Program-made: the position numbers and the translations under genes | Origin: Dudresnaya verticillata | Taxonomy: Eukaryota | Assembly: GCA_977862235.1 (NCBI GenBank) | Contig: OZ374562.1 | Coordinates: forward strand, 992,001 to 1,056,000 | Direction: 5' to 3' | Length of the DNA: 64,000 nt | Shown: positions 23,901 through 33,750 of the stretch, one piece after another | Position numbering within the stretch: the stretch's first letter is position 1 | Layout: each line of letters starts with the position of its first letter | The notes under the pieces: model-generated | The model's input: the letters and a program-made list of their open reading frames with translations, nothing else | The model's database searches: none | What the model was told of the DNA's origin: nothing

Positions 23901-25214
23901 CCGCGGCTCCCCACGCTCGCGCACCACTCCCTCCTGGCTGGCCACCCTGGCCAGAACAGGATGTTCTACACGCTCCGCGAGAGCTACTACTGGCCACACA
24001 TGTCAGCGGACATAGCCATGACAGTTCGGAACTGTCGGCACTGTGCCGGGAACCGCATCCGCTTGGGGAGGTCCCTTCATCGGTTGAAGTTGTTCCCGGC
24101 CACGAGACCGCTCGAGTCGCTCGCGATCGATATCCTAGGGCCGCTGCCCAAGACGAAGTCAGGAAAGCGATTCCTGCTCGTCATGACGGATCGATTCACG
24201 AAGCTGACTCAAGTAGCGCCGCTGCGCACCATCACAGCGTACCACGTCGCAATGGCGTTCTGTGAGAGGTGGATCTTCCACTATGGACCACCGAGGTCTC
24301 TTTTGTCCGACAACGGGAAGCAATTCACCTCTAAGTTCTTCCAGGCAGTGTGCCGCTACCTCGGACTGAACAACGTGTTCACGTCCGCCTACCACCCGCA
24401 GGAGAACGGTCAGGTTGAGCGCTACAACCGGATCGTCATGGCCATGTTGAGGAATTACATCAACAATCACCAGGACGACTGGGATCGATACGCAGCGGCG
24501 TTGACGTATTCCTACAACTGCCATGTCCATCGCACGACGCGGACGACACCCTTCAGCCTCGTGCTGTCCCGGCCGCCGCCGGAGTTCACTAAGTTTCATA
24601 AGGCAGCGGCCAGACCGAAACCTAGTGAGGACGTGCGCGCGGACTTCCTCAATCGGCTCGACGCCGCCTTCGCAAACGCATCGAGCGCTCTCGACAAAAC
24701 GCAGCGGCGTTACAAGAAAGACTTCAACAAGCGTGTCAGAAAAGTCAACTCCCGCATTCGAGCGGGAGACTACGTCTTCATCAACGCGAGCGACGGGGTT
24801 AAGAAACCCAAGAAGCTCCAGAGCCCAGCGATAGGGCCCTACCGCGTGCTGCTTAACGACAAGCGCACGCTGTTTATCGACAGAGGCGGCTTGGTCGAAC
24901 GCATCGCAGCGGACCGCGCCGTCTACTGTCCCCCGCCGCTGCGGGAGGATACTGCGCAGCGCAGCGCATACTTACCCACCACTGAAGAACTAGCGTCAAA
25001 AGCCGTCGACGGCCCGCGGTTCGTGGTCTATAAGGTCCTTGACCACGGCACTGCCGACGATGGCACGCTCGTGTTCAAGGTGCAGTGGACCGGCTATCGC
25101 AAGCCGACGTGGGAGCCACGTTCCCATCTCCCCGAGGAGATGGTGAGCCTCTACTTCGCATTGCAGCGGCGGCGAAACAACAACCGGCTCGAAGCCGTTC
25201 GCTCGTCCTCATAA
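20988..25214 (+). CDS. pol: pol of element A: protease, RT, RNase H, integrase, chromodomain (upstream part of this frame has a stop at 20817)
   Basis: AVDTGS; LRFCVDYRRLN, RMPFGLKNAPATFQR, YLDD; DTDAS...TDH; HHCC, AIDILGP, SDNG, VERYN; GPY; chromodomain KVQWTGY..PTWEP. Confidence 0.97.
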   Translation: MCLLSSEIYRVSGSLGADPRVMIPHTIAVDTGSGYNLIARGALPAGWEENASEIDSAPRLAGADKTPLRLSGVIHLSMRLGNTTFRVPFIVADTLAVDVLIGTQFINAHVRGIDVESRRLTLRKGGSVLILSRRKPSEGTGPATQPKNPSKGLSKHQRELLDWDHDTHTIRLARQVVAPAYSQRLVSVTSGASGLIHTEPKPSFQFRHGVRLTNGVHDIESGRPFGVILGNWTDKARTLPKGTVFGYAVRNPVALITPDRDVAEEFGRVMNITTLPHKGQRPRGKGSNDPPVTPSMARGPEPTKLQGAATAAAEKRESVEDWASQVDLSSIEDKVTREEVLAMLRKHQSMWDGRLGTIAATQHHIDVESGTRPIRSMPYRQGPAMRKLVQNEVETMLRAGVIEPATSEWVSPVVLAPKKDGTLRFCVDYRRLNTKTLSDAYPLSRMDNCIDSLGDAAIFSTLDCNAGYWQIPVAAADRDKTTFTTFLGTFRYLRMPFGLKNAPATFQRALDTILSGVRWQCYLIYLDDVIIFSRSIAEHVGHLDRVLTLLRKGGVSLKLKKCHFFQSRVDYLGHVIEPGKIRMAKTSIDAFRHAQFPTSLTKVRSFLGACNVYRRFVWNFAKIAHPLTDMTRKDADVDFDNPIAAALEAFETLRATLLSPPILRLPREGKPYVLDTDASAYQLGCALLQEQEDGQLHPVGYWSYSLSSAERNYSATERECFAVVWLITTLRPYIEGTRFTVRTDHDTLRWLMSLTDSSGRLTRWRLRLAEFDFQIDYRPGRVHQVPDALSLLVRPRRQQEEVDDDVPTYDPPAVDRQKEGASSTEPKVPSVLLTTRSQANASTRKAPDRPAAAGGTGSEAKEPSDSDEPPGLADDEAWDDCDDVDLFDLGHIDASQEPTDLTRVEPVKLPSPRTVEELVDAQRCDSFCQTVLARQSRRRDTHFFEDEDGLLCRRHPIISSLEQIVVPEAPQPRLPTLAHHSLLAGHPGQNRMFYTLRESYYWPHMSADIAMTVRNCRHCAGNRIRLGRSLHRLKLFPATRPLESLAIDILGPLPKTKSGKRFLLVMTDRFTKLTQVAPLRTITAYHVAMAFCERWIFHYGPPRSLLSDNGKQFTSKFFQAVCRYLGLNNVFTSAYHPQENGQVERYNRIVMAMLRNYINNHQDDWDRYAAALTYSYNCHVHRTTRTTPFSLVLSRPPPEFTKFHKAAARPKPSEDVRADFLNRLDAAFANASSALDKTQRRYKKDFNKRVRKVNSRIRAGDYVFINASDGVKKPKKLQSPAIGPYRVLLNDKRTLFIDRGGLVERIAADRAVYCPPPLREDTAQRSAYLPTTEELASKAVDGPRFVVYKVLDHGTADDGTLVFKVQWTGYRKPTWEPRSHLPEEMVSLYFALQRRRNNNRLEAVRSSS

Positions 25215-26535
25215 CCCCTCGGCGGGGGCGCCTCGCGCTTGAGGAGGGGGCCGCAGGCATTCGTTGCCTTTTTGCGAAGGCAATCGATGCCTCACCCTAC
25301 CCTGCACTGGGCACCGAGCCCAGACAGGTCACCCTTGCGCCAGCGGCAGCAGCGCAAGAGGGAGCAGCAGAACGCTGATTCCGGCGCATCGATGCGCGCA
25401 GGGCGGCTGCCAGCTAACCAAGCCTGGGGCAGTGGCCCCAGGCTAGTCGCACGCACTCGCAAGCGGCGAGGAGACGCAGCCGCTACCTCGCCGTCGCGCG
25501 TGACAGGCGTCGACACCTCACGCACGCAAGGTAAGGGGCGCTGACCAGCGGCTACCGAAGCCGCTAACCAGCGCCGCGCACGCGGCGCTACCTTCGCTCA
25601 GGCCAGTGCAACCCAACGCGCCAGCCACAGCGGCTGCTGAGCGAGGAGGGGTCACACCAGCGTGGGTGCAGACCAGGCGCGTCGACGCGCCCAAGGCCGT
25701 CGCTGTCGAAGCGAAGCGGTGTGGGACAAAGGGCAGCGGCCTGATCGCCATTTCACTCGGATGCACCGGAGTGCCGTTGCACTCGATGTGCAACGGCACC
25801 CCAAAAGCGAGCGTCACTTTTGGCGTGCGCCTCGACGCGGGGCACACGCAGTGCATCGAGCGCGAAAAGTGTTCCGGCTACAGTACCTACTGTAGCCGGG
25901 GGTCGGGAAACACCCAATCAGGCCAGCGGGCCGGAAGGCAACAGCCAATGCAAGGGGTTGCGAAAACTCCCCAGCCAAAGATTGGCTATAATTTGGGCGC
26001 AAACCGCCTCCCGGTGGGAGCAACAGCAGCGGCTGATCGAGTAGCTAGAAGCGACGCGCAGCCGACAAGTGGGTGCGAGGCAGCGGCCTCGCCGAAGCTA
26101 GCCGCAGTGGCACCAGACGCCCAAGGCGGGCGCGCAAGGGCAACCACTGTGGTCTCCCCCATGCCAAGGCGGCATGCCGCGCAGCGGCGCTGGGGAGCCA
26201 CATGGGATCGGCACGCTTGCCTATTGCACTTGAGCAGCGGCTCACGCAAGCCCCGCGCCGAGAGGACCGCTGTCGTAGCGCAGTGGCGATGCACGCGGGC
26301 TCGACGCGCGCGCGCGCGCAGCACTCACCGTGGGCAGCGGCCCGACGTGGTGAGCTGCTGCACCGGCAAACGCTTTCGCCAAAAAGAAGTTCGCATCGAC
26401 GCGGGACGAAGCCATATCCCAACCCTTTCCCTTTTAACATGTCTATAGACGCAGCGGCGTAACTGGACTAAAAGGCGCAGCAGCGCTCTAATCGCTGGGC
26501 GCTACGGCGCCCGCGAACTCTATGCGTCGATCGAA

Positions 26536-29328
26536 TTATTGGGCAGCGTTGCCCCCGGCCCCCGCTTCCGGCTGAGCAGTCGTCGACGACGCAAAACCAG
26601 GGGCGGAGGGGTCATAGCCGGTCACCTCGGCCGCAGCGCGCGGCTGAGTTGGCGCAGCAGCGCCCGCCGCGGTACCCGACGCGTGGTACACCGCAGCGGC
26701 GCCAGCGGCAGCGGCCGCTAACTCAGCAGGGCTCACTTGCCCCACTGGGGGACCATACCTCTGCGGTACATAGCCCGGGGGGACGGGCGCAGCGGCGCCC
26801 GACGGCATAGGGCAGCAACGGTTGCTGCGCAGCCTGCGCTAGCGCATATGACAGCATCGGCTGCTGCGTCGGCGCCAGCGCCAGGGGCGGCTGGTACTCC
26901 TCTCGTGGCCGCTTGCCGAGGGACCCGACGACTGGGGATTAGCGGGCAGCGCGCCTCAACTCTTCCTGCAGCCGTTGCGCATCGTGCGCAAACCTGCCCC
27001 GCTCGGTACGGTAGCGGAGGGCGATGGCGTTCGCAGCGGCGAGATCATCATGCGTCCCCGCTAGATGGGCCGCAAAGGCGGCAACAAGCGTGCGCAGCGG
27101 CGCATCCTCACCCAATTGTACCAGCGCCGCGGCGCGGCGTACGTTTTGGTCGCTCCAGAGGCTCGCCGCCGCCGGCGCGTCGAGCGCATCGGTTGTGGGC
27201 GGCGGCACATAAGCGGCCACCACCATCGACGGCGGTGGGCCATACCTCACCGCCTGCCTCGACGGCGTATAGGCAGCGGGCAGCGGATCGACCGCTGCCT
27301 GCCTCTCCTGACCTCCACCCATGGCAGCGGCCGGGGAGGTGGTGCCGCGGCGCGTGGCACCGGTGGTAAGTAGGGCTCGGCCTCCGAGACCATAACGGCA
27401 GCGGCCGACTTGGATGCCCCACCTATGCCCCGACGGGCGTGCGGCCTAGCGGCCCGCTCGACGCGGGCCATGTCCGCCATCGAGGTGTAGCCACGATCCT
27501 TCCGCGGCGCGCGCGCGCGTTGGATCTTGTGAAAGGTCCCCGCCACCGGGTTGACCCCACAAATGAACGCGTCGACGCGTGTTGCAAAGTGGCGGCGACG
27601 GGTGTGCTTCTCTCTGGCAGCGGCCACGAAGCGCGTCGTGTTCAGCAGCTGCTTGAACTCGAACGTCACCGATGTGTTGTCCGGGCCTGCCGCGCCTCGG
27701 AGGCGTGGGAAGCCCGGGCGCCTGCTGCGCCACAGTACATCGAGGTACACCAAAATGCGGTCGTCGAGGACCCAGCAAATTTCCTTCGATAGGATGTCGG
27801 AGGCGTAGCGACGCCCCACCTCAAAGGCATACTCGTCGGAGCGCCTAGCGAGGAGCTCTCGACGAACTGCCTCATTCCCCGCCGTGGCGTAGTGGAAATA
27901 CCGCTCGATGCTGGGCCACGGGACGATCATGCCAGCGGGCACGTCCCGGTGAGAATACCACTCCGCGGAGGGAAACCACGACGCGTCGAGCGCCGGGTGC
28001 AAGCTTGCACCCGTGATGATGAGCCCATCACCAGAGGCGCGGCAGGTTGCCCAGTCCCGCTCCCCCATACGCAACCCGAGGAGGCGGCGCACGCAGTCGG
28101 CATCGGCCAGACCTCGCGCCTCCTCCGGCGTCTCCTCGATGGGGACGTCCCTCAACCAGGCCAACGAGGCCGCGAGGGGCTTGTGGAACCCATCGACGGG
28201 TTTCACAAAAAGGACTTCGGCGCCCTTATCCACGATCAGCAGCTGCTTGATCGTGGTGACGAACGAGACGTCACACGGTAGGCCGTTCGGTACGAGCCAC
28301 GCCGGCGATGCGGTCATGAAGGCGTTGTAGACAGCGGCCCCGCCATCATCGCTCGCATCTGCCACACGCAGGAGACTTTGGACGTCAATCCTTTGCACGG
28401 GCAACCGACGCCACTGGTCCAGCGGGATCTGGTGGCGCGGTGCCTCCCACGCGAAGACAGTGGGAGGCAATGCATCTGCATTGGGCACCGCGACACCGAG
28501 TCGCTGGGGCCCAATCGTCAGAGACACCCCTCGCATGGTGATACCCGGCAGAGGGGGAGCCACGGCAGCGGCCGATGACGACTCGATGGCAGCGGCCATG
28601 CTTGTGCCAGGGGCGGTCGACGCCCCTTCTCCGGGGTCGCCTTGCGCCGATGCGCTAAGGCCCCGGCGGGGCACAAATGGCGCCGCAGCAGGCAGCATCC
28701 TGCTCCCCCTTGACGCGGAGGCCGTCGACGACCCCGTCAGGTCAAGGGCACGAGCCACGGGTGGCGCATTGACTCGCGGAGCAGTGAAGGGCACAGCGAC
28801 CGGAGCCGCCTCCTCTGGGCATGGAGCGGCAGCGGCCGCCCCACTCCGGTCCAGGCCTCCCAATCCTCGCAGCGGCGTGTCTTGGGTGGCCACCTCGACC
28901 TCCTCGTAGCTCGGCAGAGGTCGGATCGCCTTGCCCCGAGCCAGCGCAGCGGCTGCTGGCTCCGGGGGCACTTCGGCGGGAGACGTGTCAACCGCAGCGG
29001 CGGGACGCATCTCCGATGTCTTGGCGGGCGCAGCGGCGCCCGCTCCAGCTTGGTCGGCAGCTGGTGGACCGGTATGCGCAGCGGCGCCGGCCCCAGCCGC
29101 CGAAGCGGCAGCGAGGCCAATGGGCACCGAAGCCGCCACCGCAGCGGGCGGTGGATGTAGCAGCGCAGCGGCGCTTTCTCCAGGCGCATCCTGCGCCTGG
29201 GGTTGCTGGACATCCGCCACCGGTTCCGCCGGTGCAGCCGTCGATGGCGCACCAACGGGTGGCGGCGTGGTTGCGGGCACCCCTTCGTCAGGGACGCCCC
29301 GAGTGGCAGACGAGCGCGTCTTGGCCAT
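26536..29328 (-). pseudogene. Antisense accessory ORF of element A (~930 aa reconstructed; frameshift near 27330, stop at 26939); family not recognised
   Basis: ORFs 27247-29349, 26939-27322 and 26536-26808 join into one product homologous to copies at 31375-38505 and 62367-64000. Confidence 0.8.
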
Positions 29329-29634
29329 ACCGCACGTCGACGTGGGCAATCACGTCGAGCGAAGGGGGCGGAGAAAGCGTAGCACGGCACACACACACGA
29401 CAGCGGTCACTGGTGTGCTGAAGCGCGCGGGCAAAGGGGGAGTCGTGGAGAGCGATACCCGCAACCTCCCCAGCGCCGACTCCGCGGTGATCCTTATATG
29501 CGCAGCGACGCAGACGGGCGGGCACGCGCATACACCGTCGACGGGCGCGCGTGCCAATCACTGTCAACGGCCACCCGGGATTGCCATCGTGGCCCCGGGA
29601 AACCTCAACGGCCGTGAGCGGGGCGCTCACGCTT

Positions 29635-29645
29635 GAGGGGGGCCG
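29635..29645 (+). other. Polypurine tract of element A
   Basis: GAGGGGGGCCG directly before the 3' LTR TG. Confidence 0.85.
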
Positions 29646-30422
29646 TGTAGTATAGCTGCCAGCACCCTACCAGCAGCGGCTGTAAGGTATGCTGGCAGCC
29701 CTGCACTGTAATGGTGCACACGATGACGCCCGCTGGCGAGTCGTGGTTGGGCAGCGTGCCCTTAGTTTTTTCGTTGAATTAGTAGCGGTCGACCGCATTG
29801 CTGCCGGCAGCGGCCGCGCGCCGTACCGCACACGGCGCGCCCCTGTGTGACGCTCTCCGTCATCGAGCCGTTGAGAGGGCCGCTGCCCGTTACGCCCCGC
29901 GCGCGCCCACGGGTAACCGTTACCCGGACGTGTCGACACGTGTATGGGCGCGCGCTCGCACACCTCCCGCGTTGGTGTTGTGGGGCGCACCTACTGTAGA
30001 AGTAGTCGTAGGGCACATAGTGTAGGGTATTTAAGACCGTCGGCCATCGACGGCTCAGTAAACCGGGCAAGCAACAGCTCGCGCTGAAGCTTGCCCCCAG
30101 CCTTTTCGGGTTCGATCCCTTTGCCTTACGCCAGCGGGCGGTTTCCCTTTTTTCCCCTTGCCTCGCTAGGCTTTCCCCTTTCCTTTTCCTTTCCGTCGGC
30201 TTCGTGCCGCCCTTCGACAGGGACGCTGGCATCCGGCCGCTGCCTACCCGCGTACGGTACGCCCCGTGCGCGCTCCGGCATCGACGCCGTCGATCCGCAC
30301 CTGCGGGGCGCACGCGGCCGACACCGCTCTACCAACCCCAACAGCTACCCATCGACGGGTCTGTGTGGCGGCTTCGGACCAGCAAGTATCAGACGTCGGA
30401 TCGACCCGACGTCTATACTACA
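29646..30422 (+). repeat. 3' LTR of element A
   Basis: TGTAGTATAG...CTATACTACA, perfect 10-bp terminal inverted repeat. Confidence 0.95.
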
Positions 30423-31045
30423 GGCCGGATCCCTGCATCCCCGTCGTGGGGCGGCACGAATCCGACGGTAGGGAAAGGAAAAGGAAAGCCTAGGCGGCCA
30501 GGTAAAGAAGGAAGCCGTAGGGAGAAGGACTGGAAAGGAATCCAAAAGTAGAAAGGGGCAAGCCTCGCGTAGGCTGGCTTGCCTTGTTTACTAGAGCCCA
30601 GAGGGGCGACTACTAAATATACTACAAGGCCTGCGGTGGCAACAACCCGGGAGGTACGCCGACGCGCCCCGACACGCGTCAACGCGTACGGGTAACGGTA
30701 AACCGGGGGCGCGCGTGCGCGAAACGGTCCACACGTACAGTACTCAACGGCTCGACGCCGGAGTACGCGCGCGTGTAACGCACTCAACGGCTCTACGCCG
30801 GAGTGCGTGCGCACGGCGCGTGGTACAACAGGGCGTTCCACCGCCGCTTACACTAGACAGTGCTCTACACTACACAAAAATAATCGTAGAAGTTACATGG
30901 GAGTTTCAGTGTCACACGCGTACACGTGCACGCGCGGGCCCCACAGCGCACTTCCGTACAGTTCAGCGGGGCATTGACGCCACCGGCTGACAGTGTGCGC
31001 ACAGCGGTGCACACGTGGCGCAGCTCGTCTTACAGCTATGCCACA
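30423..31045 (-). repeat. 5' part of the minus-strand 3' LTR of Gypsy element B
   Basis: Minus strand starts TGTGGCATAGCTGTAAGAC, preceded by PPT CTTGAGGGGGGGTTG; homologous to LTR 43519-44366. Confidence 0.9.
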
Positions 31046-32712
31046 CAACCCCCCCTCAAGCGCGAACGCCTCGGTTGCGACCGTTACGATGCGCACGCTG
31101 TGGGGTAGCCATAACGCCGCCCGGGATTGGCCAGCGGGCCCCCGGGCGTCCGACGGTGACTGGCGTCGATGCCACGTCGATTGTGTCCGTGCTGAGCCGC
31201 GACGGGCTATTTAGGGAGCCGCCTCTGCGGCTCCAGGGGGAGGCGGTCTGGCCATCGCTGACCACGACCGCCAACGCCCCGCGTTCTGCCCCTTGTCGAC
31301 AAGCGTTGCACGCTCCAAGCTTCGACGCTTTCAACCTCCTCCTTCCTTCCCCCATCGCCAACGTCGACGGGGCGATGGAGCCACGAGAGCCTATCGCGGG
31401 CGGTGCCCCTACCGAGGGGGCGCCGATCACCAACCCCACTACGTTGGCCGAGTTAGTCGCGGTGGGTGGACCTGCCGAGCCGGTGCCTAAGGCGCCGGCG
31501 GGTGGGGAGGCGGGGCCTTCGAAGGCCACGCCAGCCGCGGAGCGACCTTCTATGGTCGCTGCGGCAGAGGCGCAACCTTGGACGTTTGCGCCAGAAGAAG
31601 CGCTCCCATCGACGGGTGCACTAGGCGATACCGGCCGCGCACCTGCGCCGGCTTCTGCTGCCGCAGCGGGTGGCGTCGATGCCAACCCCACCCCAATGCC
31701 CGCCGCTGACGTCTGGTCAGAGACGGTGGCCCTCGCCGCGGCGCAGGGCAAGAAAGTGAAGGACCCGAGTGGGGCGGCCTCTGCCGCCCCGTACCCAGTA
31801 GCGGCGGCTCGGGTCTTCCAGCCGACTGGCCCTCGCGCAGGGCCTACGGCTCATGCGAGCACTCAACCCGCGTCGACGCGAAGAAGGGCATCCGCGGAGC
31901 AGCCGTCGCGCTCCGCGGTGCCAACGGTGGCAAGGGTGCTCGACTGGAGTCGGTCGAGGTCGCCAACGCGCTCCGGGTCGGGGAAAGTCCCCGCAGCGGC
32001 GGTACCTTTCGTGCCGCGCGATTCTGCTGGCGTGGGGCTTTCGACGGCCCCGACGCCGTCCCCCGTGGCCTCTGCCAACGCGGAGAGGGAGATCGCGGGC
32101 TTGGGTGAGTCTACCGCTGCGCCCGTCGTGCCTCTTAGTGGGGTTTTGGTCTCAGTCGGACCGCCCCTCATGGGGCAGGCTCCCCCTGGACAGCACGCGC
32201 CCCCGACCGAGGTGGTCTTCGCCTGGGGGCGCCACGCCACCAGATCCCTCTGGACCAGTGCCGCGGGCTGCAGGAGCCTCGGGCAGACGTCTGACGGCTC
32301 CTGAGGGTGGCCCACGCTAGCGTGGATGGAGGGGCGGCAGCCTATGCCGCCTTCCTCCCGGCGGACGCCATAATATGGCTCACGCCGTTGGGGTTACCCT
32401 GCGGCGTTTCTTACATCGCCTCCCTTCAGGAGCTTCGGCGGGTGGATAGGGCAGCCGATGCTCCTGTAGTATCTCAAAAGAACCACCGAGTGCGGCGTCC
32501 AAACGAGACCCCAAGAAGACCAAAAAGACCTGTCTGATTTCACGAAAACTGGCCAAACGTAGAACGGACCTTCGCGCCGGTAGAAAGCGTGGTAGAGCGG
32601 GAGCGCGCAGACGAAGTCGTGGCCAGAATCTGTGATGAGGACAGAAAACGGCCAAGTCGGGGGTTCGGTTGCTAACTTTACTCCCAACCTCTGGCGGGAC
32701 GGCTTCGTACCT

Positions 32713-32965
32713 TTTCATGTGGTGTAGAGCCTCTTTATGCGCATGAAACGTAATGACAATGCATAGCAAGGGTGTGCATGCGTGTGCACGTCTCGCCGCG
32801 TACGATGCTGTGATCCATTAAAATCCGGATTCGGTTCATCCGGTATGGATCACAGGCTGTAAGGAATGGATCAGCTCGCCGTCGCCGCCGCCGCATCGAG
32901 TCTCTACTTGAGACGAGAGTGCACCCACCAGGTCGACAGAGTCTCCCGGGTGTGCCTCTCTCTTT
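32713..32965 (+). repeat. Left terminal direct repeat of the YR element
   Basis: Matches 36829-37081 with 2 mismatches seen; hairpin TGTGATCCAT...ATGGATCACA inside. Confidence 0.95.
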
Positions 32966-33069
32966 TCAAGAGAGTCCCCAGAACCTCTGGCGGTAGGCTT
33001 GTTTCAAGAGAGCCAAACGAAGACGGCTAAGAGGGTAGCGAGCTACCCCGACCCCTTTATATTGTCGCG

Positions 33070-33750
33070 ATGGGTATCTTTGATACCAGTCTCGCCGAAC
33101 TCAGCGCGTTGATCGTGAAGGCCAAGAAGGTTGCTGCTGGAATGACCCTGGCAGACGCCGAGATTGACCCGACATGGATGACGGCCTATGCCAAGATTGC
33201 TCGGCGATGCCGTGACGACAAGGACTTCGGACTTAGCCGGTATCCTTATGAGCAAGGCCCCTCGGTGAACGCCTTCAATGGTGGCTTCTTCGAGCACCGC
33301 GAGTGGCCCATCCGCAAGCATATGGAAAAGCAAAATAGTCTACGCCCCGTCGCCGAGTACGAGGCGAACTACATCAACGCGTCGGGTTATTGGATGTCCT
33401 TCCACGAGGCTGCAATAGCGCTACATCAGGAAGCTTTGCAAGAGAAGCAGGACGACGAGGCCCTCAAGTTGGACGTGTGGGCTCTCATGTCCATCCGATA
33501 CACTCTAAGATTCGTCGGATTGCGGTGCGAGTTCTACAAATTGGCGTCCAAGGACCCAACATATGCCAAACTGGTCATGCCCACCCTGGAAGCAAGAGCT
33601 GACATGCCTGCTGCGGATGACCTGGTAGAGCCAATGGAGAAACTGGAAGCTCACATGGCTACGCAATTGATGAAGGCGGTAGCCACCCTAAGCGCGAGCA
33701 ACGCAACGAAGCGTGCCGGAGGTAGGGGTGGCGCCGCCAAGGACCAGTAG
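33070..33750 (+). CDS. ORF1 (gag-like) of the YR element, 226 aa
   Basis: Intact ORF in the gag position upstream of RT; no zinc knuckle, so the call is positional. Confidence 0.65.
   Translation: MGIFDTSLAELSALIVKAKKVAAGMTLADAEIDPTWMTAYAKIARRCRDDKDFGLSRYPYEQGPSVNAFNGGFFEHREWPIRKHMEKQNSLRPVAEYEANYINASGYWMSFHEAAIALHQEALQEKQDDEALKLDVWALMSIRYTLRFVGLRCEFYKLASKDPTYAKLVMPTLEARADMPAADDLVEPMEKLEAHMATQLMKAVATLSASNATKRAGGRGGAAKDQ

Larger units (their letters stand above)
17372..30422 (+). mobile_element. Ty3/Gypsy chromodomain LTR retrotransposon A, 13.05 kb, structurally complete but with inactivating mutations
   Basis: TG...CA LTRs, PBS, gag with CCHC, PR-RT-RH-IN-chromo pol, PPT; 5-bp TSD GGCAG/GGCCG (1 mismatch) restores the interrupted host LTR. 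Confidence 0.97.

Noticed and set aside
25214..26535. 280-aa sense ORF 25606-26448 as an env-like gene
   Set aside because: No signal peptide or TM segment, no ATG start, and not evidently conserved in the equivalent region at 60430-61300.
32713..32965. Hammerhead ribozyme in the YR repeat
   Set aside because: A strong hairpin is present but no CUGANGA...GAAA core was found on either strand.
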